From positions 163,178 to 227,177 of the forward strand of contig JAEUIE010000015.1 in the NCBI GenBank assembly GCA_016795155.1: a stretch of DNA of 64,000 nucleotides, written 5' to 3'. The DNA comes from Planctomycetia bacterium (GTDB lineage Bacteria; Planctomycetota; Planctomycetia; Gemmatales; HRBIN36). This document shows, piece by piece, positions 18,209 through 28,171 of the stretch (positions are counted from its first letter, which is position 1; every line of letters starts with the position of its first letter). A program made the translations under genes and the position numbers. The notes under the pieces are model-generated. The model worked only from the letters and a program-made list of their open reading frames with translations. It was not told the origin of the DNA and searched no databases.

Positions 18209-19255
18209 TTATCGACGGCGAGGTCTTTCGCGCAATCGCGATGGTCTAGGTTTTCTGGTGGAGTCTTTTTCATCAGGGGCGAGCAGGGAGCCGTGCATGT
18301 CAACCTGCGCCAGTAATTCACTTCCACCCTTGAGTGTGATGTTGAGTGGTTTCTCAGGCTGAGAAGTATCCGCATTTTTTGACAACAGCTTGTCTTCTGC
18401 GGGCTTCTCCTTTTTGAATGGTATGTAGCTGTATTGAAATGGTGTTGAGATTCTGGAAGCCAGGCGTGCGAGTGAGGTATCCTGGCGCGGGATGATATTC
18501 AACTGTGCATGCATCATTCGTGCCTTTTCATCAACCCGTGCTGAAGCAGTCATTTCCCGTGCATCGCGTGAAAGCTGGGATAACATCATCTGTAGAACCG
18601 ATTTTCCAACTTGTGCCTGCAACGATTCTTGTGAATCTTTGCTGTTGCCTGTCATCCAGTTCATCACCGTTGAAAGTCTGTTCGAAAGCTGCACACGTTG
18701 TTGAGCAGGGATTCGATGAAAGTAGAGACTCATGGCCAGTAGTTGTTTCTGGTGTTGTTCGGGAATCATTTGTCTGGGATCAATCTGGTTTCCGGAAACC
18801 TCTGTTTCAGTGAAACCAAACCAGGCATATTGATGCTGAAAGGTCATGGCAATTTTGCCCAACAAGGGAACCTGCACGGAGTACAAATCCTGGCTGGCGT
18901 TCGATACTGAAATCCCATGACGTTCCAGAAAGCCCACAAAGAGCTGCCTGTCGGTGCAGGGAATGAAGGTCACCACCGTTGCATTACCGAGTACATCGGG
19001 TTTGATGATGCAGCCCAGCGGGCGGGCCAGATCAAGCCCTTTCAAATTGCCTGCAATCAGGTTGGTCACCGCAGTGCTATCGAGGGCAGCCACCAGATCC
19101 TTGCGGCCAGCTTGCTGGTAAACAAAACGAAGCCCAGAACGCAGGCTCATGACTGACTTGCCGGTGATAATTCCCCATGGTTCCTGAGCCAGACTCGTTG
19201 TAGCGAGACAAAGAATTGATACTACTACGCTGATATGCCATTTGAACGAATACAT
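18209..19255 (-). CDS. Secreted protein of unknown function
   Basis: Signal peptide MYSFKWHISVVVSILCLATTSLAQEP. 348 aa with a strongly basic tail RKPRPSRLRERPRRR. I recognise no motif. Confidence 0.5.
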   Translation of the reverse strand: MYSFKWHISVVVSILCLATTSLAQEPWGIITGKSVMSLRSGLRFVYQQAGRKDLVAALDSTAVTNLIAGNLKGLDLARPLGCIIKPDVLGNATVVTFIPCTDRQLFVGFLERHGISVSNASQDLYSVQVPLLGKIAMTFQHQYAWFGFTETEVSGNQIDPRQMIPEQHQKQLLAMSLYFHRIPAQQRVQLSNRLSTVMNWMTGNSKDSQESLQAQVGKSVLQMMLSQLSRDAREMTASARVDEKARMMHAQLNIIPRQDTSLARLASRISTPFQYSYIPFKKEKPAEDKLLSKNADTSQPEKPLNITLKGGSELLAQVDMHGSLLAPDEKDSTRKPRPSRLRERPRRR

Positions 19256-19309
19256 GTCATTTCCTCCTGAAACTTTATTGTAAGAGCATTGAAATAATGG
19301 AAGAAAGTC

Positions 19310-19346
19310 TTGACGACAATTTGTTATTAGGTATACCTAACAATAG
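19310..19346 (+). promoter_or_regulatory. Putative promoter (TTGACG-N16-TATACC) overlapped by a DtxR-box-like palindrome
   Basis: The perfect 14-bp palindrome TTAGGTATACCTAA (19327-19340) sits inside a 26-bp imperfect dyad (19321-19346, 10 of 13 positions matching per arm). It ends 17 nt before the ATG of the metal ABC operon. The half-sites TTAGGT/ACCTAA equal the outer half-sites of the DtxR/IdeR consensus TTAGGTTAGCCTAACCTAA. Confidence 0.55.
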
Positions 19347-19362
19347 AAAGTAGGTAAGGCTT

Positions 19363-20313
19363 ATGAACGTTATTCAACGCCTCAGTTTTAAGGTTATTGC
19401 AATAGTACTGATGCTTGCTGGCTTGGCAGGTTGTAAATCCGAAATATCACCATCACGCGCTACTTTGACCTATCAAGGCAGTGGACCGATTAATATCGTG
19501 TGTACCACGGGTATGGTTGCTGATCTGGTTGCCAACATTGGTCAAAAGCATGTAAAGGTGACCCAGTTGATGAAAGCGGGTGTGGATCCGCATCTCTATA
19601 AAGCATCGCCTGGCGATATGAGGCTGTTTAACGAATCCGATGTCATTTTCTATTCAGGCCATCACCTGGAAGGGAAAATGACAGAGTTGCTTGAGCAACT
19701 GAATCGAAAGAAAGTTTCGCTACCTGTCACTGAAAAAATCGATTCACCTTCCCTGCTGCGAACAGAGGAAAACGTTGTTGACCCGCATCTGTGGTTTGAT
19801 GTCAAACTCTGGCAACAGGCATCTTACTTTATTCGTGATGAGTTGTGCCGATACGATCCTTCTCACGCTGCGGATTATCGTGCAGCTTCCGCAGCATATG
19901 ACAAGCAACTCGAAGAGATGGATAAGTATGCCCGTGAACAGTTGGGTACAATCGAGAAATCGCGACGTGTCCTTGTTACTGCCCATGATGCGTTCCGGTA
20001 TTTCGGCAAAGCTTACGACGTGGAAGTCAAAAGCATTCAGGGAATCAGCACTGAAAGTGAAGCCAGCGTCAAGGACATCAATGAACTGGTGAATTTTATC
20101 GTTGCCAGAAAGATCAAGGCAGTCTTCGTGGAAACCAGTGTCTCCGAGAAGAACATCAAAGCACTGGTGGAAGGATGTGCTGCACAGAATCATGCTGTTA
20201 TTGTTGGCGGAGAACTGTTTTCCGATGCACCAGGTGAAGAAGGCAAACCCGATGCAACTTATCTGGGCATGGTGAAACATAATGTCGATGTGATAGTCAA
20301 GGCACTGAAATGA
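19363..20313 (+). CDS. Metal (Mn/Zn/Fe) ABC transporter substrate-binding lipoprotein, TroA/ZnuA/MntC family
   Basis: Lipobox [25 protein letters not shown] and [15 protein letters not shown] are typical cluster A-I SBP motifs. Confidence 0.85.
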   Translation: MNVIQRLSFKVIAIVLMLAGLAGCKSEISPSRATLTYQGSGPINIVCTTGMVADLVANIGQKHVKVTQLMKAGVDPHLYKASPGDMRLFNESDVIFYSGHHLEGKMTELLEQLNRKKVSLPVTEKIDSPSLLRTEENVVDPHLWFDVKLWQQASYFIRDELCRYDPSHAADYRAASAAYDKQLEEMDKYAREQLGTIEKSRRVLVTAHDAFRYFGKAYDVEVKSIQGISTESEASVKDINELVNFIVARKIKAVFVETSVSEKNIKALVEGCAAQNHAVIVGGELFSDAPGEEGKPDATYLGMVKHNVDVIVKALK

Positions 20314-21077
20314 CAGCACCATTATTGGATGTTCATGATGTGACGGTGGCTTATCACCATAAGCCAGTGCTGTGGAACGTCGATTTCACCATTCACGAGC
20401 CTAGCCTGGTTGGAGTGATGGGCCCCAACGGCGCGGGCAAGAGCACGCTCATCAAGGCGATTCTGAACCTGGTGCCCAAGGCGAGTGGCGAAGTTACCCT
20501 GTTTGGGCAACATCTCTCCAAGGTCAGGCAGCGGGTGGGCTATGTGCCTCAGCGTGAAAGTGTCGATTGGGATTTCCCTATCAATGTGTTTGATCTCGTT
20601 CTAATGGGCACTTATGGCTCGCTGGGATGGTTTCGTCGGCCTGGCAAAAAGGAACGTGAGTGGGCCATGCACTGCATCGAAGAACTCGGCATTGCTGATC
20701 TGGCTCATAGGCAAATTGGACAGTTATCGGGTGGGCAGCAGCAACGTTCATTCCTGGCGCGTGCCTTGGCACAGAAAGCCGACATCTATTTCATGGATGA
20801 GCCGATGTCAGGTGTGGATGCTGCCACGGAACAGACAGTTTTCCAGATTCTCAAGCGACTGCGAAACGAGGGCAAGCTGGTCATGGTGGTGCATCATGAT
20901 ATTCGCACTGCCCAGCAGTATTTTGATCAGCTTCTACTTCTGAATACCCGTCTGGTGGCTGCTGGACCAACTCAGGAAGTATTCCAGCATGAGGCATTAC
21001 AGCGTACCTACGGTGGCAGGCTGGTTGCCTTGGAAAAAGTAGGACTGGCGGTACGAGACAAGGTGCCGACAGCATGA
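20310..21077 (+). CDS. Metal ABC transporter ATP-binding protein
   Basis: Walker [10 protein letters not shown], signature LSGGQQQR, Walker B IYFMDEP. 4-nt overlap with the SBP gene. Confidence 0.9.
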   Translation: MTAPLLDVHDVTVAYHHKPVLWNVDFTIHEPSLVGVMGPNGAGKSTLIKAILNLVPKASGEVTLFGQHLSKVRQRVGYVPQRESVDWDFPINVFDLVLMGTYGSLGWFRRPGKKEREWAMHCIEELGIADLAHRQIGQLSGGQQQRSFLARALAQKADIYFMDEPMSGVDAATEQTVFQILKRLRNEGKLVMVVHHDIRTAQQYFDQLLLLNTRLVAAGPTQEVFQHEALQRTYGGRLVALEKVGLAVRDKVPTA

Positions 21078-21982
21078 GTCATCTCTTTACCTACAACACC
21101 ATGCTGGTGATGGTTGGCACCGGTTTGCTTGGTGCAGTGTCGGGCTTGATCGGGTCGTTTGCAGTTTTGCGTAAACAATCGCTGGCAGGTGATACCTATG
21201 CCCATGCAGCATTGCCTGGGCTTTGCATTGCATTTCTGCTCGCGGGAGAGCGATCACTCCCAGCTTTGTTGCTAGGCGCTTTCCTCAGTGGTCTGCTGGG
21301 GCTGATGCTCGTCAGTCTGATCACGAGATATACCAAAGTCAAAACCGATGCAGCTTTGGGAATTATTCTGAGCACCTTTTTTGGTCTCGGGATTGTCATC
21401 AGCCGTATTGTGCAGAATCAAACCGCCACGGGAAGCAAGGCAGGTCTGGATTCTTACATATTGGGAAAGACAGCAGGGATTATTGCCAGTGATGTCTATC
21501 TGATTGGAGCTATTGGTTTACTCTGCCTGGCGACCATTCTCTTCCTCTTCAAGGAATTCAATGTACTCTGTTTCGACAGCGAATTTGCCAAAAGCCAGGG
21601 CTGGCCGGTGTTGTTCCTTGATTTTGTACTTCTGATGCTGTTGGGATTAGTCGTGGTGACCGGCTTGCCTGTGGTGGGAGTGGTCATGATGGCTGCCCTT
21701 TTGATTTTGCCTGCCGTGACGGCCCGCTTCTGGACTGAGCGGCTGGCAATCATGTTGCCAGTGAGTGCTGCATTCGGGGCCATCACCGGTCTGGTCGGTA
21801 CTTTGCTTTCTGCCGAATTTGCCTATCTTCCAGCAGGGCCGATCATCGTGCTGGCAGGCACCGTGTTCTTTCTGATCTCGGCACTCTTTGCACCACGTCG
21901 AGGCTGGCTTGCACGGCTACGGCAGAGAATGAATCTCGATCTCACTGGCAGTATGGTCGAATGGAAGACTGAAACGCCATGA
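21074..21982 (+). CDS. Metal ABC transporter permease (ABC-3 family)
   Basis: 302 aa and multi-[16 protein letters not shown] matches the ABC-3 pattern. 4-nt overlaps on both sides. Confidence 0.85.
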   Translation: MSHLFTYNTMLVMVGTGLLGAVSGLIGSFAVLRKQSLAGDTYAHAALPGLCIAFLLAGERSLPALLLGAFLSGLLGLMLVSLITRYTKVKTDAALGIILSTFFGLGIVISRIVQNQTATGSKAGLDSYILGKTAGIIASDVYLIGAIGLLCLATILFLFKEFNVLCFDSEFAKSQGWPVLFLDFVLLMLLGLVVVTGLPVVGVVMMAALLILPAVTARFWTERLAIMLPVSAAFGAITGLVGTLLSAEFAYLPAGPIIVLAGTVFFLISALFAPRRGWLARLRQRMNLDLTGSMVEWKTETP

Positions 21983-23274
21983 CATCCATAGCACTGTGGA
22001 CAATCCTGGTTGGTGCGCTGGCGAGTGTCAATTGCAGCCTGGTGGGCAGCTTCCTGGTGTTGAGAAAGATGAGTCTGCTGGGCGATGCCATCAGTCATGC
22101 AGTGCTTCCCGGTATCGCCATCGGATTTATGCTCAGTGGCAAAATAACTGGCCCAGCCATTGTGCTGGGAGCTATGGGCATGGGCGTGTTGACTGCGATC
22201 CTCACTCAATGGCTCAGTCAATATGCACGGGTATCAGAAGACGCTGGCATGGGTGTGGTGTTCACTTCGCTGTTTGCTCTGGGAGTTATTCTCATCAACG
22301 TCGCAGCGAAGAATGTTGATCTCGATGCTGGTTGTGTGCTGTATGGGCAGATAGAGTTCACATCATCAAAAACCCTGACACTCGCCGGCCTGGATATTCC
22401 TGAGGCAGTAATCAGCCTGGGACTTATTCTCATCCTGATCGTTGCAATGCTCGCTGTACTCTGGAAAGAACTGAAACTCTCTGCGTTTGATTCCGAGTTG
22501 GCTGATACTTTGGGTTTTTCTTCTTACCTGATGCACCTTTTATTAATGTCGATGACGTCAGCAGTTACCGTCGCGGCTTTTGAATCTGTTGGCTCCATTC
22601 TTGTGGTTGCCATGCTCATTGTACCAGCAGCAACTGCATCACTACTGACTACACGATTATTCAACATGATGATCATGGCTGCTGGAACAGGTATTACATC
22701 CTCAATCCTGGGTTACATGCTCGCCGATGCCTGGAACACCAGCGTGGCAGGCATGATGGCAGTCTGTGCCGGGCTACTGTTCACAGGTGCAGTTTTTCTT
22801 TCACCTTCTCAGGGTGTTATTGTCCGGCTACTCAGGCAGATCAGATTGTCTTTGCGAGTCATGCGGGAAGATGTACTGAGTGCACTCTACCGTGCTCGTG
22901 AGAAATCACAATCAGGACTGCAGCAGGCTGCCTTGCTTCATAACAAGGGAAGCTGGCTCAGGCAATACACAATGAATGTCATGAAACGCCGCAAGTTGAT
23001 TGATGAGGTGGATGGCAGGATTCATCTGACGCAACTTGGCTTACAGAAAGCGGAGCGGATCATTCGCACGCACCGTATCTGGGAATCGTATCTGCAGCGG
23101 AATGTGGCTTTACCTGCGGATCACTTGCATAGCCCTGCAGAATCCATCGAACATTACGTTGGGCCTGAACTGTTGGAAAGTCTGTCAGCCGATTTGAACC
23201 GACCCGCTGCGGATCCGCATGGCAAAGCCATACCAGGTCAAACCCTTAGTAACGAACCACCACTTCAGCAATGA
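21979..23274 (+). CDS. ABC-3 metal permease fused to a C-terminal DtxR-family metalloregulator domain (YtgCR-like)
   Basis: Residues 1 to about 285 form a permease (SLLGDAISHAVLPG, paralogous to the preceding gene). Residues about 293-420 read REDVLSALYRAREK...RIIRTHRIWESYLQ...HLHSPAESIEHYV...DPHGKAIPG. The ligand spacing H365/E369/H384/E388/E391/H392 equals DtxR H79/E83/H98/C102/E105/H106. Confidence 0.8.
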   Translation: MTSIALWTILVGALASVNCSLVGSFLVLRKMSLLGDAISHAVLPGIAIGFMLSGKITGPAIVLGAMGMGVLTAILTQWLSQYARVSEDAGMGVVFTSLFALGVILINVAAKNVDLDAGCVLYGQIEFTSSKTLTLAGLDIPEAVISLGLILILIVAMLAVLWKELKLSAFDSELADTLGFSSYLMHLLLMSMTSAVTVAAFESVGSILVVAMLIVPAATASLLTTRLFNMMIMAAGTGITSSILGYMLADAWNTSVAGMMAVCAGLLFTGAVFLSPSQGVIVRLLRQIRLSLRVMREDVLSALYRAREKSQSGLQQAALLHNKGSWLRQYTMNVMKRRKLIDEVDGRIHLTQLGLQKAERIIRTHRIWESYLQRNVALPADHLHSPAESIEHYVGPELLESLSADLNRPAADPHGKAIPGQTLSNEPPLQQ

Positions 23275-24223
23275 TGCGGTGCTCCAACAATCGTGGCGTT
23301 TCGGAAAGGGGGCGTTCATAGGTAACGCCAAACTCTGCCATGCGGTTGTAGCGTGCTTTCAAACCAACTGCCACCGTGACCAGATCGGAGCCAGTTGTTT
23401 GGGGTATTGACCAGTCGAGCATGGCATCGCCCTGCCCTAAACCTGCAGGATACACGCCACGGCCATCAGTCAGAATGCGGTAGTAATTGAATTCAGCGAG
23501 CGGATGAAGCCAGCCGAATAATTCGCGATCAAGGTGCAACTGGGTAAACAGCAAAGTGCTGCCGTCATTACTGAGCGGTGCGCGAACTCCAGCATTGCCC
23601 AGTAGATGCCAGAAACACCAGAACTCCTGGCCAAACGTCAGTATACCAGTGAGGCTTCCATCACTGGGGCGCTGAAAGACGCTCGCTTCACCGGTAGGTA
23701 TTTCCAACTGCACCGCTGCTGATAACAGTCGTTGTTGTTCAACATCACGAATCAGTACATACTTGGCACCGAATGCCAGGTTGTTCCAACCATCGTTGCC
23801 TGGAGCATTTTCCGGATCGATAAAGGAATAACCATTCTTATCCATGAAGACCTGCCAGCGCTTGGTGAGTGCGACCCGGGTCTGCAACAGGTAAGACTGG
23901 CTGAAGGTATTACCGAGAACCTGATTGGATGGAGTCCAGTTGCCAACTCCCAGGAGGCGAGCTTCTGTTAAAGATCGCGGGTCTTTCGCCAACCACGGAT
24001 TGCTGCTGGGCCCAATAAAGCGAGGAAATGCGCTATCGCTGCTGAGCGAAAGTAATGCTCCCAGCATAATCGGGAAGCCATCATCATCATTTATATGGTT
24101 GTCCAGATCAGGCTGATACCGTGGCACAGGCGGTACTTGATCGACTGTATAGGGATTATCCCCCAACTGAAGACAGCAAATCAATACAAATGCCAGCATC
24201 GAGCGGCCTCCCTGCCGTGACAC
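23246..24223 (-). CDS. Putative outer-membrane beta-barrel protein (function unknown)
   Basis: Short signal MLAFVLICCLQLG, alternating amphipathic strands, and a C-terminal ...IIAEVVVRY ending in an aromatic residue as in OMPs. Its 3' end overlaps the convergent permease-DtxR gene by 29 nt. Confidence 0.4.
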   Translation of the reverse strand: MSRQGGRSMLAFVLICCLQLGDNPYTVDQVPPVPRYQPDLDNHINDDDGFPIMLGALLSLSSDSAFPRFIGPSSNPWLAKDPRSLTEARLLGVGNWTPSNQVLGNTFSQSYLLQTRVALTKRWQVFMDKNGYSFIDPENAPGNDGWNNLAFGAKYVLIRDVEQQRLLSAAVQLEIPTGEASVFQRPSDGSLTGILTFGQEFWCFWHLLGNAGVRAPLSNDGSTLLFTQLHLDRELFGWLHPLAEFNYYRILTDGRGVYPAGLGQGDAMLDWSIPQTTGSDLVTVAVGLKARYNRMAEFGVTYERPLSETPRLLEHRIIAEVVVRY

Positions 24224-24497
24224 ACCTATTCTCTATCGAACGTGTCAAAGTATCGTCTGGAACATGGTTCGCATCATTTGCCAAGAGGACTGCTGTGACG
24301 TAGGCTACACACCAATAGTAACGACTATAACGGCTCTAACGCGGGCATCTGGGCGTTCATCGTTAGAGAATGGCCTTTTTCAGGATTCGTCAGGATATGC
24401 CAGTTTATGTACGTTAATATTGTCCAAGAGCTTATGGCTCTGACTCTTTCTGATTACACGGTCTTGATTACCCGGATGGATTAGGCGGCACAACAGC

Positions 24498-26624
24498 ATG
24501 CCATTACGCTTCGCCTTTGCGCTGCACGATCATCAGCCTGTCGGCAATTTCGACAGCGTGATGTCCCAGGCTTATAACGACGCCTATTTTCCATTTCTCG
24601 ATATTATCAGCCAGTATCCTGAACTCGCCTTCAGCCTGCATGTTAGCGGGCCGCTTCTCGAATGGCTCGAACGCAACAAGCCCGATCATCTTGGTGATCT
24701 GAAAGAACTCGTCAAAGCCGGTCAGCTTGAAATTCTGGGTGGTGCATACTACGAACCCATTCTACCGTTGCTGCCACGTCGCGATCGTGTGGGGCAGATT
24801 CGTCGTTATACTGAAAAACTCAAATCGGTATTTAATTGTGATGTCCGCGGCATGTGGCTCGCAGAACGTGTCTGGGAACCGAGCCTGGTGACCGATCTTC
24901 TCGAAGCTGATATTGAGTATACCCTACTAGATGATTATCACTTCAAGCAAGCTGGCATGGAAGAAGACGACCTGCATGGCTACTTCCTGACCGAAGACCA
25001 GGGATTTCTGCTTCGTATCTTCCCTATCAGCGAACCACTGCGCTACATGGTTCCCTGGAAAGATCCTTCGGAAGCCATTGCCTATCTCGATCTGCTGGCA
25101 GAAACCTATCCTGATTCGGTAGTCGTCTGTGCGGATGATGGCGAAAAATTTGGCTCATGGCCTGGCACCAATACCTTGTGCTACCAGAATCAATGGCTCA
25201 CGAAATTCTTTGACCTGCTGCTCGAACGGCAGGAACAGGAAAAGATACAACTGGTTACGTTGTCGCAGGCGTTGGATGAAACTCCGCCTCTCAATACCAT
25301 CTATCTGCCTGAATGCAGCTACCGCGAAATGACCGAATGGGCTTTACCAACAAGCAGGCAACTCAAACGACAGAAGTTGTTGAAGCAGTTTGAAGGCAAG
25401 GGTGTGCAGGAAGAAATCAAGAATAACCTGCGTGGCGGCATTTGGAGAAACTTCGCTTCCAAGTACCCTGAAGTGCGCGAGATGCAGGCTCGAATGATTG
25501 AGGTCAGCGATCACGTTGCTGCCGCTGCATCCAATCCTTCGATTGAGACAGCGATTCATGAACTCTATCGCGGCCAATGCAACTGCCCTTACTGGCATGG
25601 GGCGTTCGGCGGATTGTATCTGCCTCACCTACGCCAAGCCATTTTCAAGCATTTAATATCGGCGGACAATGTTTGTCTGCCTGACGATGTGGCTGCAGGT
25701 CAGCGGGTGGATATTGAACTGCATGATTTCAACCTGGATGGGCGGCGCGAACTGCGCATTGCTACGGCACTCTATGTTGCTTACTTCTGCCCGCATCAGG
25801 GTGGCATGCTTTACGAACTGGATATCAGGCCAGTGAAATACAACCTGCTGGCAACTATGACCCGCCGGCCCGAACCTTACCATGAAACGATCAAGCAGAT
25901 CGGTTCGAGCAAGGTACAAGCGGGAGTCAATCCCGGGCAGCCGGCACAGTTCAAACAGGCTGAACTGGATCAGCAGCTGGTGTATGACAAGTATCCTCGC
26001 AAAAGTCTGATCGATCATTTCTTTCCTCTCGATACCACACTGGAAAACGTGGTGAAGCACAACGAGGAAGAATTGGGAGATTTTGTTCAAGGCCCATACA
26101 TCAGGCGATTGATCGACCGTGACACACATCAAAGACTGCGTCTGTATCGACAGGGTAAAGTACGCAGCGATACCGTGCATGTTTCCAAGGAAATTGTCGC
26201 ATCGGCAACCGCCAATACTTTAACAGTGCGTTATCGACTGGATGATTTGCCTGCCAAGCCAGATTATTATTTTGCTGTCGAATTCAATTTCGCAGGATTT
26301 CCATCAGATCAAGATGATCGCTACTATTATCATGCTGGCAAGAAGAATGCAGGCCCAACTCAGACATTGATTGATTTGAAATCTACCGATCATCTGGGCG
26401 TAGTAGATGAATACCTGGGGCTGGACTGCAGGTTGCAGACATCATCACCCGCAGGCATCTGGGCATTTCCAATAAGAACTGTCAGCCAGTCTGAAGCAGG
26501 ATTTGAACTGGTACACCAGGGCGTTACGATGATTGCTTACTTCCAGCCACAACCGGACCCAGCCGGACACTGGGAAGTTGAAGTCGTATTAAAAATAGAT
26601 GCACACCGACGTAAATCAGGTTAG
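24498..26624 (+). CDS. Glycoside hydrolase family 57 alpha-glucan enzyme (amylase / glucanotransferase type, 708 aa)
   Basis: N-terminal FAFALHDHQPVGNF, then ILGGAYYEPILPLL and DDGEKFGSWPG, which are typical GH57 blocks. Confidence 0.85.
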   Translation: MPLRFAFALHDHQPVGNFDSVMSQAYNDAYFPFLDIISQYPELAFSLHVSGPLLEWLERNKPDHLGDLKELVKAGQLEILGGAYYEPILPLLPRRDRVGQIRRYTEKLKSVFNCDVRGMWLAERVWEPSLVTDLLEADIEYTLLDDYHFKQAGMEEDDLHGYFLTEDQGFLLRIFPISEPLRYMVPWKDPSEAIAYLDLLAETYPDSVVVCADDGEKFGSWPGTNTLCYQNQWLTKFFDLLLERQEQEKIQLVTLSQALDETPPLNTIYLPECSYREMTEWALPTSRQLKRQKLLKQFEGKGVQEEIKNNLRGGIWRNFASKYPEVREMQARMIEVSDHVAAAASNPSIETAIHELYRGQCNCPYWHGAFGGLYLPHLRQAIFKHLISADNVCLPDDVAAGQRVDIELHDFNLDGRRELRIATALYVAYFCPHQGGMLYELDIRPVKYNLLATMTRRPEPYHETIKQIGSSKVQAGVNPGQPAQFKQAELDQQLVYDKYPRKSLIDHFFPLDTTLENVVKHNEEELGDFVQGPYIRRLIDRDTHQRLRLYRQGKVRSDTVHVSKEIVASATANTLTVRYRLDDLPAKPDYYFAVEFNFAGFPSDQDDRYYYHAGKKNAGPTQTLIDLKSTDHLGVVDEYLGLDCRLQTSSPAGIWAFPIRTVSQSEAGFELVHQGVTMIAYFQPQPDPAGHWEVEVVLKIDAHRRKSG

Positions 26625-26626
26625 TC

Positions 26627-27211
26627 ATGCGTGTTGGCATCTTTGGCGGTTCATTTGATCCTGTCCACATCGGACATCTCATCCTTGCCGAGCAGTGTCT
26701 GGAACAAGGCATGCTGGATCGTGTCGATTTTGTTCCTGCCCCACGACCGCCGCATAAAGCGCAAGGTACCCATGCCAGCTTCGAGCAACGCGCTCAGATG
26801 TTATCTGCGGCACTCCAGGGACATAGCCAGTTTAGTGTAAACACTTGTGAACAGAATCGGCCTGGATTGAGTTACACGGTAGACACGCTGCGCCATCTGC
26901 ACACCAGCGAACCAGGGAATGAGTGGTATCTGATTTTAGGCATGGACAGTGTACATGATCTGGAAACGTGGCGCGACCCACAGGGAATAGCAAAGCTCTG
27001 CACGTTGATGATTGTCAAGCGTCCAGGCATCAAACTGGATGAGCCACCTGAGTATTTCCGTTCGCACTATGTCGATGCACCATTGATCGAAATCTCCAGT
27101 ACCGACATCAGGCAGCGAGTGGCAGATCAGAGGTCGATACGATACCTTGTCCCTGATTCTGTGAGAACAATTATTGAGAAAGAAAAATGGTACCGCCCTG
27201 TCAGCGGATAA
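26627..27211 (+). CDS. nadD: Nicotinate-nucleotide adenylyltransferase
   Basis: MRVGIFGGSFDPVHIGHL and ISSTDIRQR. It starts 2 nt after the GH57 stop. Confidence 0.9.
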   Translation: MRVGIFGGSFDPVHIGHLILAEQCLEQGMLDRVDFVPAPRPPHKAQGTHASFEQRAQMLSAALQGHSQFSVNTCEQNRPGLSYTVDTLRHLHTSEPGNEWYLILGMDSVHDLETWRDPQGIAKLCTLMIVKRPGIKLDEPPEYFRSHYVDAPLIEISSTDIRQRVADQRSIRYLVPDSVRTIIEKEKWYRPVSG

Positions 27212-28151
27212 CAGCTCCCTTCACATCAAGCAACTGGGCTGAAGCCAGATTGTTGCCGAACTCCTTCTGATTGTTGAATGTCCAGACGACTCGTTTCTTA
27301 CGGTCGATTTCAATCAGTTGCGGGTTTTCCTTGCCAGCATGACAGTTGCCAATGATGATATGCCCATTGGGGAGAACCTGAAGGGTGGTTACCCAGGCTA
27401 GTGTGATACCAGGGAGGTCTTTCTGGTCAACCTGCCAGACGATTTTCTTTTCTGGTGTTACCTCCAGAACGCGGTTGTTATTACCTCCTGCAATCAGCGT
27501 ATTACCATTCGACAATCGCACAGCTCCATAAACCTCCACGCCGTGACCTTCCGGCCCATGGCCATTGCTGCGCGGGCGGTCATTCAGGTCGAGATAGAAT
27601 TCCCAAATCAGTTTGCCTCGAGAATTATACTCGCGCACACAGCCATCACCTTCATGACATACCAGGTAATGGCCATTGGTCAGCACGCGAGCCATTCTCG
27701 TGTCACGATGATAATGAGGATTCTTCAGTGCCAATGGAAACTGTTTGACGATCTTTCCACCCTTGTCGACTTCGATGATTCTGCCATTTCCCGATTCAGC
27801 GATCATGGTTGTGCCATCATTCAGACGTTGAAACGCATGGATTTCGATCTTGCCGGTGTAACCCTCTCGAGGCTGAGCCTGGTACTTCCAGACAATTTCT
27901 TTCTTGGGATTGATTTCGACTACTTCAGTGTGATTCAGATGCGTGAGAATGTTGCCGTTGGGCAGGAGATGAAGATCGTGAACATCGTGTTTGCAGGGAT
28001 ATTCCCATTCGACATTGCCATCCATGCCGATGATGGCAATCTTCCCCGTAGCACGGTCTGCCGCCAGCACCCTGTGACGTACTGGTTCGTCACCAACTGC
28101 TGATGCCAGTGAACTTAAAGCGAACAGCAGTAATGCAACAGGTCGCAACAT
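27201..28151 (-). CDS. Secreted beta-propeller repeat protein (function unknown)
   Basis: Signal MLRPVALLLFALSSLASAVG. Five or six repeats of the L(P/S/T)NG(N/H)xL...(I/V)(V/I)W blade pattern. Confidence 0.55.
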   Translation of the reverse strand: MLRPVALLLFALSSLASAVGDEPVRHRVLAADRATGKIAIIGMDGNVEWEYPCKHDVHDLHLLPNGNILTHLNHTEVVEINPKKEIVWKYQAQPREGYTGKIEIHAFQRLNDGTTMIAESGNGRIIEVDKGGKIVKQFPLALKNPHYHRDTRMARVLTNGHYLVCHEGDGCVREYNSRGKLIWEFYLDLNDRPRSNGHGPEGHGVEVYGAVRLSNGNTLIAGGNNNRVLEVTPEKKIVWQVDQKDLPGITLAWVTTLQVLPNGHIIIGNCHAGKENPQLIEIDRKKRVVWTFNNQKEFGNNLASAQLLDVKGAVIR

Positions 28152-28171
28152 GTAATGCCCTCATCAATGTG

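Noticed and set aside
23246-23274. Two convergent gene pairs overlap by exactly 29 nt (23246-23274 and 42952-42980). In addition kmo and leuD abut with zero gap (14871/14872), and nadD and the propeller gene overlap by 11 nt.
   Set aside because: The overlapping sequences share no similarity, so the equal 29-nt length looks coincidental. It mainly shows compact packing without terminators. It could matter for antisense read-through, but I see no specific signal.
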